Assembly (NCBI GenBank): GCA_007376485.1
Contig: VMGJ01000005.1
Coordinates: 1 to 50,524, forward strand
Direction: 5' to 3'
Origin: Parcubacteria group bacterium Licking1014_17
Lineage (GTDB): Bacteria; Patescibacteriota; Minisyncoccia; 2-02-FULL-40-12; IGHO2-01-FULL-4-A
Length of the DNA: 50,524 nucleotides
Under the pieces are notes generated by a model that searched no databases, was not told the DNA's origin, and worked only from the letters and a program-made list of their open reading frames with translations. Of the stretch, positions 48,221 through 50,524 are shown one piece after another (positions within the stretch are counted from its first letter, which is position 1; each line of letters opens with the position of its first letter). The translations under genes and the position numbers were made by a program.

Positions 48221-48510
48221 CGCGGGTGACGGGATTCGAACCCGTGATCTCCGCCGTGCACGCAATCCACTATTTTCATAATGGCGTGGACTATATCTTC
48301 GCCGTATCCGCTAATCGGCGGATTTAGGTGCCTCGGTATCTAGTCTCTACGGCGCCCCGCCTAAGTTTTGCTCTGCAAAATTTAGGCAGGTTCCCACGGT
48401 ATTGCCCTCTATGGGTTTCACCGTTATCCCGAAGTGTTCACCCAGCGGTTTCCCACTGGGGCTGCAATTTCTTACAGGGCGGCGCTTTAAACCAGCTAAG
48501 CTACACCCGC
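48221..48510 (-). tRNA. tRNA-Asp (GUC) interrupted by a group I intron
   Basis: The 5' exon is 48510..48474: GCGGGTG-TA-GCTT-AGCTGGTTTA-AAGC-G-CCGCC-CTGT. The 3' exon is 48258..48221: CAC-GGCGG-AGATC-ACGGG-TTCGAAT-CCCGT-CACCCGC-G. Joined, they give a 75-nt cloverleaf with the loop CUGUCAC. Confidence 0.85.
48259..48473 (-). ncRNA. Group I intron (215 nt, no ORF) in the tRNA-Asp anticodon loop
   Basis: The 5' exon ends in U, which can wobble-pair with the G of intron GCAG (P1: CUGU/GCAG). The intron ends in G. The core-like strings GTAGAGACTAGATACC and GAAGATATAGTCC match my recollection of the Azoarcus and Tetrahymena cores. Confidence 0.8.
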
Positions 48511-49185
48511 ACTATTCATAATTTTCAAAGCACTCACGAATTTATTATACTTCCTTTTTAAATATGTTTCAGCCGTTGTATTATTATACATTAAATTAAA
48601 CAAGGCAAGGGAGTCTTTTAATGAAAATACCAAGTCAAATCCTCTATTTTTTTGGTTTATGTATCCTCCCTTGACGCAATTCTTTAAAGATTTTTTTAGT
48701 CCTTCAAGAAATTCCCTGCTGCCTGAGGTAAAAAGTGAAGTCACCCGCCATCTAAATTTCTGCCTATCCTTATTCCAGTATTTTCCGAAACTGATACAGC
48801 CATCCCCATCAAAATAACCCCTAACGAAATGACTCATGTATTTAGCCGGCACACTCGGAAACTTTACGGACAGGCTTTTATTCTGTTTTATTCCGAAATT
48901 GGATAATTTTGCTATTATTTCTTTTCCGCCTATCTGTAAACGGTATCGGTTTTTCCAGTTTGAATTTAATCTATTTTTCTCATATTTAGATATTTTATGT
49001 TCGGATTTTAATAATTTTCTAATATTTTCTATTATTTCTTTATCTGTTGATGTAAACTCTAAAAACCAGCTTCCCCTTGGATTTTTATAGACTGCGCCAT
49101 CGGCGAAGATATAACCCAAAACATATGCCATTTCCGGCGACCATTTATCAAAAAATTTCTTATTGTAATTTTTAAATATTGGCAT
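48496..49185 (-). CDS. Double-motif LAGLIDADG homing-endonuclease-family protein
   Basis: MAYVLGYIFADGAV and FVRGYFDGDGCIS. The last four codons plus the stop (gcg ggt gta gct tag) are the first 15 nt of tRNA-Asp. Confidence 0.8.
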   Translation of the reverse strand: MPIFKNYNKKFFDKWSPEMAYVLGYIFADGAVYKNPRGSWFLEFTSTDKEIIENIRKLLKSEHKISKYEKNRLNSNWKNRYRLQIGGKEIIAKLSNFGIKQNKSLSVKFPSVPAKYMSHFVRGYFDGDGCISFGKYWNKDRQKFRWRVTSLFTSGSREFLEGLKKSLKNCVKGGYINQKNRGFDLVFSLKDSLALFNLMYNNTTAETYLKRKYNKFVSALKIMNSAGVA

Positions 49186-49207
49186 TAAGATTTTAGGGAT
49201 TAAATTG

Positions 49208-49281
49208 TGACAGGGGCGGGAGTCGAACCCGCGACCTACGGCTTATGAGTCCGTCGCTCTAACCAGCTGAGCTACCCTGTC
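49208..49281 (-). tRNA. tRNA with CAU anticodon (elongator Met or Ile2)
   Basis: Minus strand reads GACAGGG-TA-GCTC-AGCTGGTTA-GAGC-G-ACGGA-CTCATAA-GCCGT-AGGTC-GCGGG-TTCGACT-CCCGC-CCCTGTC-A. It lacks the initiator 3xG-C anticodon stem. Confidence 0.85.
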
Positions 49282-49407
49282 AATACGGCAATGCTACCGC
49301 AGAATATAGTTTTTTTCAACGTTTATTTTCTAAATGAGATTTGTGTTTGATAGAAAAATAAAACACCCAGGAGCGCCGAGTGCTTATCGCATAGCAGCGA
49401 TGTATTA

Positions 49408-50460
49408 TTATTTGAAAGACAAATAAACCGTTTGGGATATTTCTTTTATGACCGCCGCTAAATCGGTGAAATTATCGCCTTTTGTCATGACACACAAAAA
49501 ATAAGAGTTGTCGGGATAATACACGATGCCGCAGTCGTGAAGTTCTCTCGCGATTGACCCATCCTGAAATCTTACCGACCGCTCACCAAATTTATGGGCT
49601 ACATTAATTTCCCTTGGAATGTCTCCAACCAAGCCGTCATTAAAATCTGCTTGCGAAAGTATTTCTAATGCTTTTTGTGATAATTCCCGAGTTAGATAAG
49701 TCGCGTTATAAAGCACCCTGTAAAAATTTGAATAATCCTTGGCAGACATATAATCAATGCCCTCATCCAGCGTTCTCGCTGGCAGTCCCAAATCCGTGTA
49801 GGCGTCGTTATAGGTTCTTATATCGAATGAATTATTGTTTACCAGATAATACATTGCCGTGTTGTCAGAATATTCTATCATTCGTCCGATGAGGTCTTCT
49901 ATTGTGTACCAGCTGCCTGCTTGCAGGTTATGCGAAGGCTTAAAGAATTCGCCAGTGTTCATGTCTGTCGAGCCGTCATATTTAATTTTATAATTAAGTA
50001 TATTCGGGTTGGATTCGGCGGCTTTCAAATAGGTTATCATAATCACCACCTTGGACATGCTTGCCGGAGAAAATTTTTCATTCTCATTTATACCCACCCA
50101 TTCTCCGCCGTTCAATTTCCTGACATACATCGCGGCTTTGCTGATTTTCTTTTGAGCTTTTTTATTATTTACGAGAGCCGTAAGCACTCCTTCGAGTTGT
50201 TTACCGTTTTTAAAACCTTCCGTTTCGGGGATATCGAATCCAAGAAGCGGGTTTATCAATCCGTAATGCGCCGGCTCTCTTAAAAGCGTGATTTTGTCGT
50301 TTGATTTTCCGCCCAGATAATAACCGAAAAGGATTCCTATCAGAAGAATAAAAATGATCGCGGTAAGCAAAATAATTTTTTTATATCGAAGATTTTCGAG
50401 AAAGGACGGCCACATGTATGTATGTTGTGTCTCCTGAACAAAATCCGAACTTTTTTCCAA
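49408..50460 (-). CDS. Membrane-anchored serine hydrolase of the class A beta-lactamase / D-Ala-D-Ala carboxypeptidase type
   Basis: N-terminal TM, SMSK (SxxK), YSDN (SxN-like) and HKFG (KTG-like). The start is uncertain: TTG at 50460 or ATG at 50415. Confidence 0.55.
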   Translation of the reverse strand: MEKSSDFVQETQHTYMWPSFLENLRYKKIILLTAIIFILLIGILFGYYLGGKSNDKITLLREPAHYGLINPLLGFDIPETEGFKNGKQLEGVLTALVNNKKAQKKISKAAMYVRKLNGGEWVGINENEKFSPASMSKVVIMITYLKAAESNPNILNYKIKYDGSTDMNTGEFFKPSHNLQAGSWYTIEDLIGRMIEYSDNTAMYYLVNNNSFDIRTYNDAYTDLGLPARTLDEGIDYMSAKDYSNFYRVLYNATYLTRELSQKALEILSQADFNDGLVGDIPREINVAHKFGERSVRFQDGSIARELHDCGIVYYPDNSYFLCVMTKGDNFTDLAAVIKEISQTVYLSFK

Positions 50461-50524
50461 AGCAATCCGACTGACGACTAATCGCGCGCCTCGTCCGCTC
50501 CCTGCGGTCGCGGGAGCAAAAACC

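Overview
The window is about 50.5 kb, AT-rich by eye and gene-dense. It uses the standard genetic code, since TGA is used as a stop at 14266 and 23776. The housekeeping genes are compact: dnaX, leuS, metG, infB, rbfA, thrS, miaA, gatB, rplK-nusG-secE, gyrB and pheST. Together with a short IF-2, a ThrRS without the N-terminal TGS region and several LAGLIDADG ORFs, this suggests a reduced-genome bacterium of the CPR/Patescibacteria type (inference only). Accessory content sits between these genes. (1) A complete diversity-generating retroelement lies at 17.4-21.1 kb, with target gene, VR, TR, Avd-like gene and RT; every VR/TR difference falls on a TR adenine. (2) LeuRS carries an intact-looking RBBP9/YdeN-type serine-hydrolase domain inserted at the entrance of its CP1 editing domain. 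(3) A roughly 37-nt GC-rich repeat family is inserted in frame, in two different reading frames, into leuS and miaA. (4) A tRNA-Asp(GUC) gene is interrupted in its anticodon loop by a 215-nt group I intron. Two paralogous LAGLIDADG genes each abut the 5' end of a tRNA gene. (5) A large serine recombinase is bracketed by perfect 99-bp inverted repeats at the window edge. (6) A hicAB cassette is bracketed by 73-bp direct repeats of the tatD 3' end. (7) A Type IIG restriction-modification gene overlaps a NYN-domain gene. (8) An HNH / membrane protein / ParB-like / C39-like cluster lies next to the tRNA island. Several ORF-free, highly structured GC-rich stretches remain unexplained. No rRNA genes or CRISPR arrays were seen.
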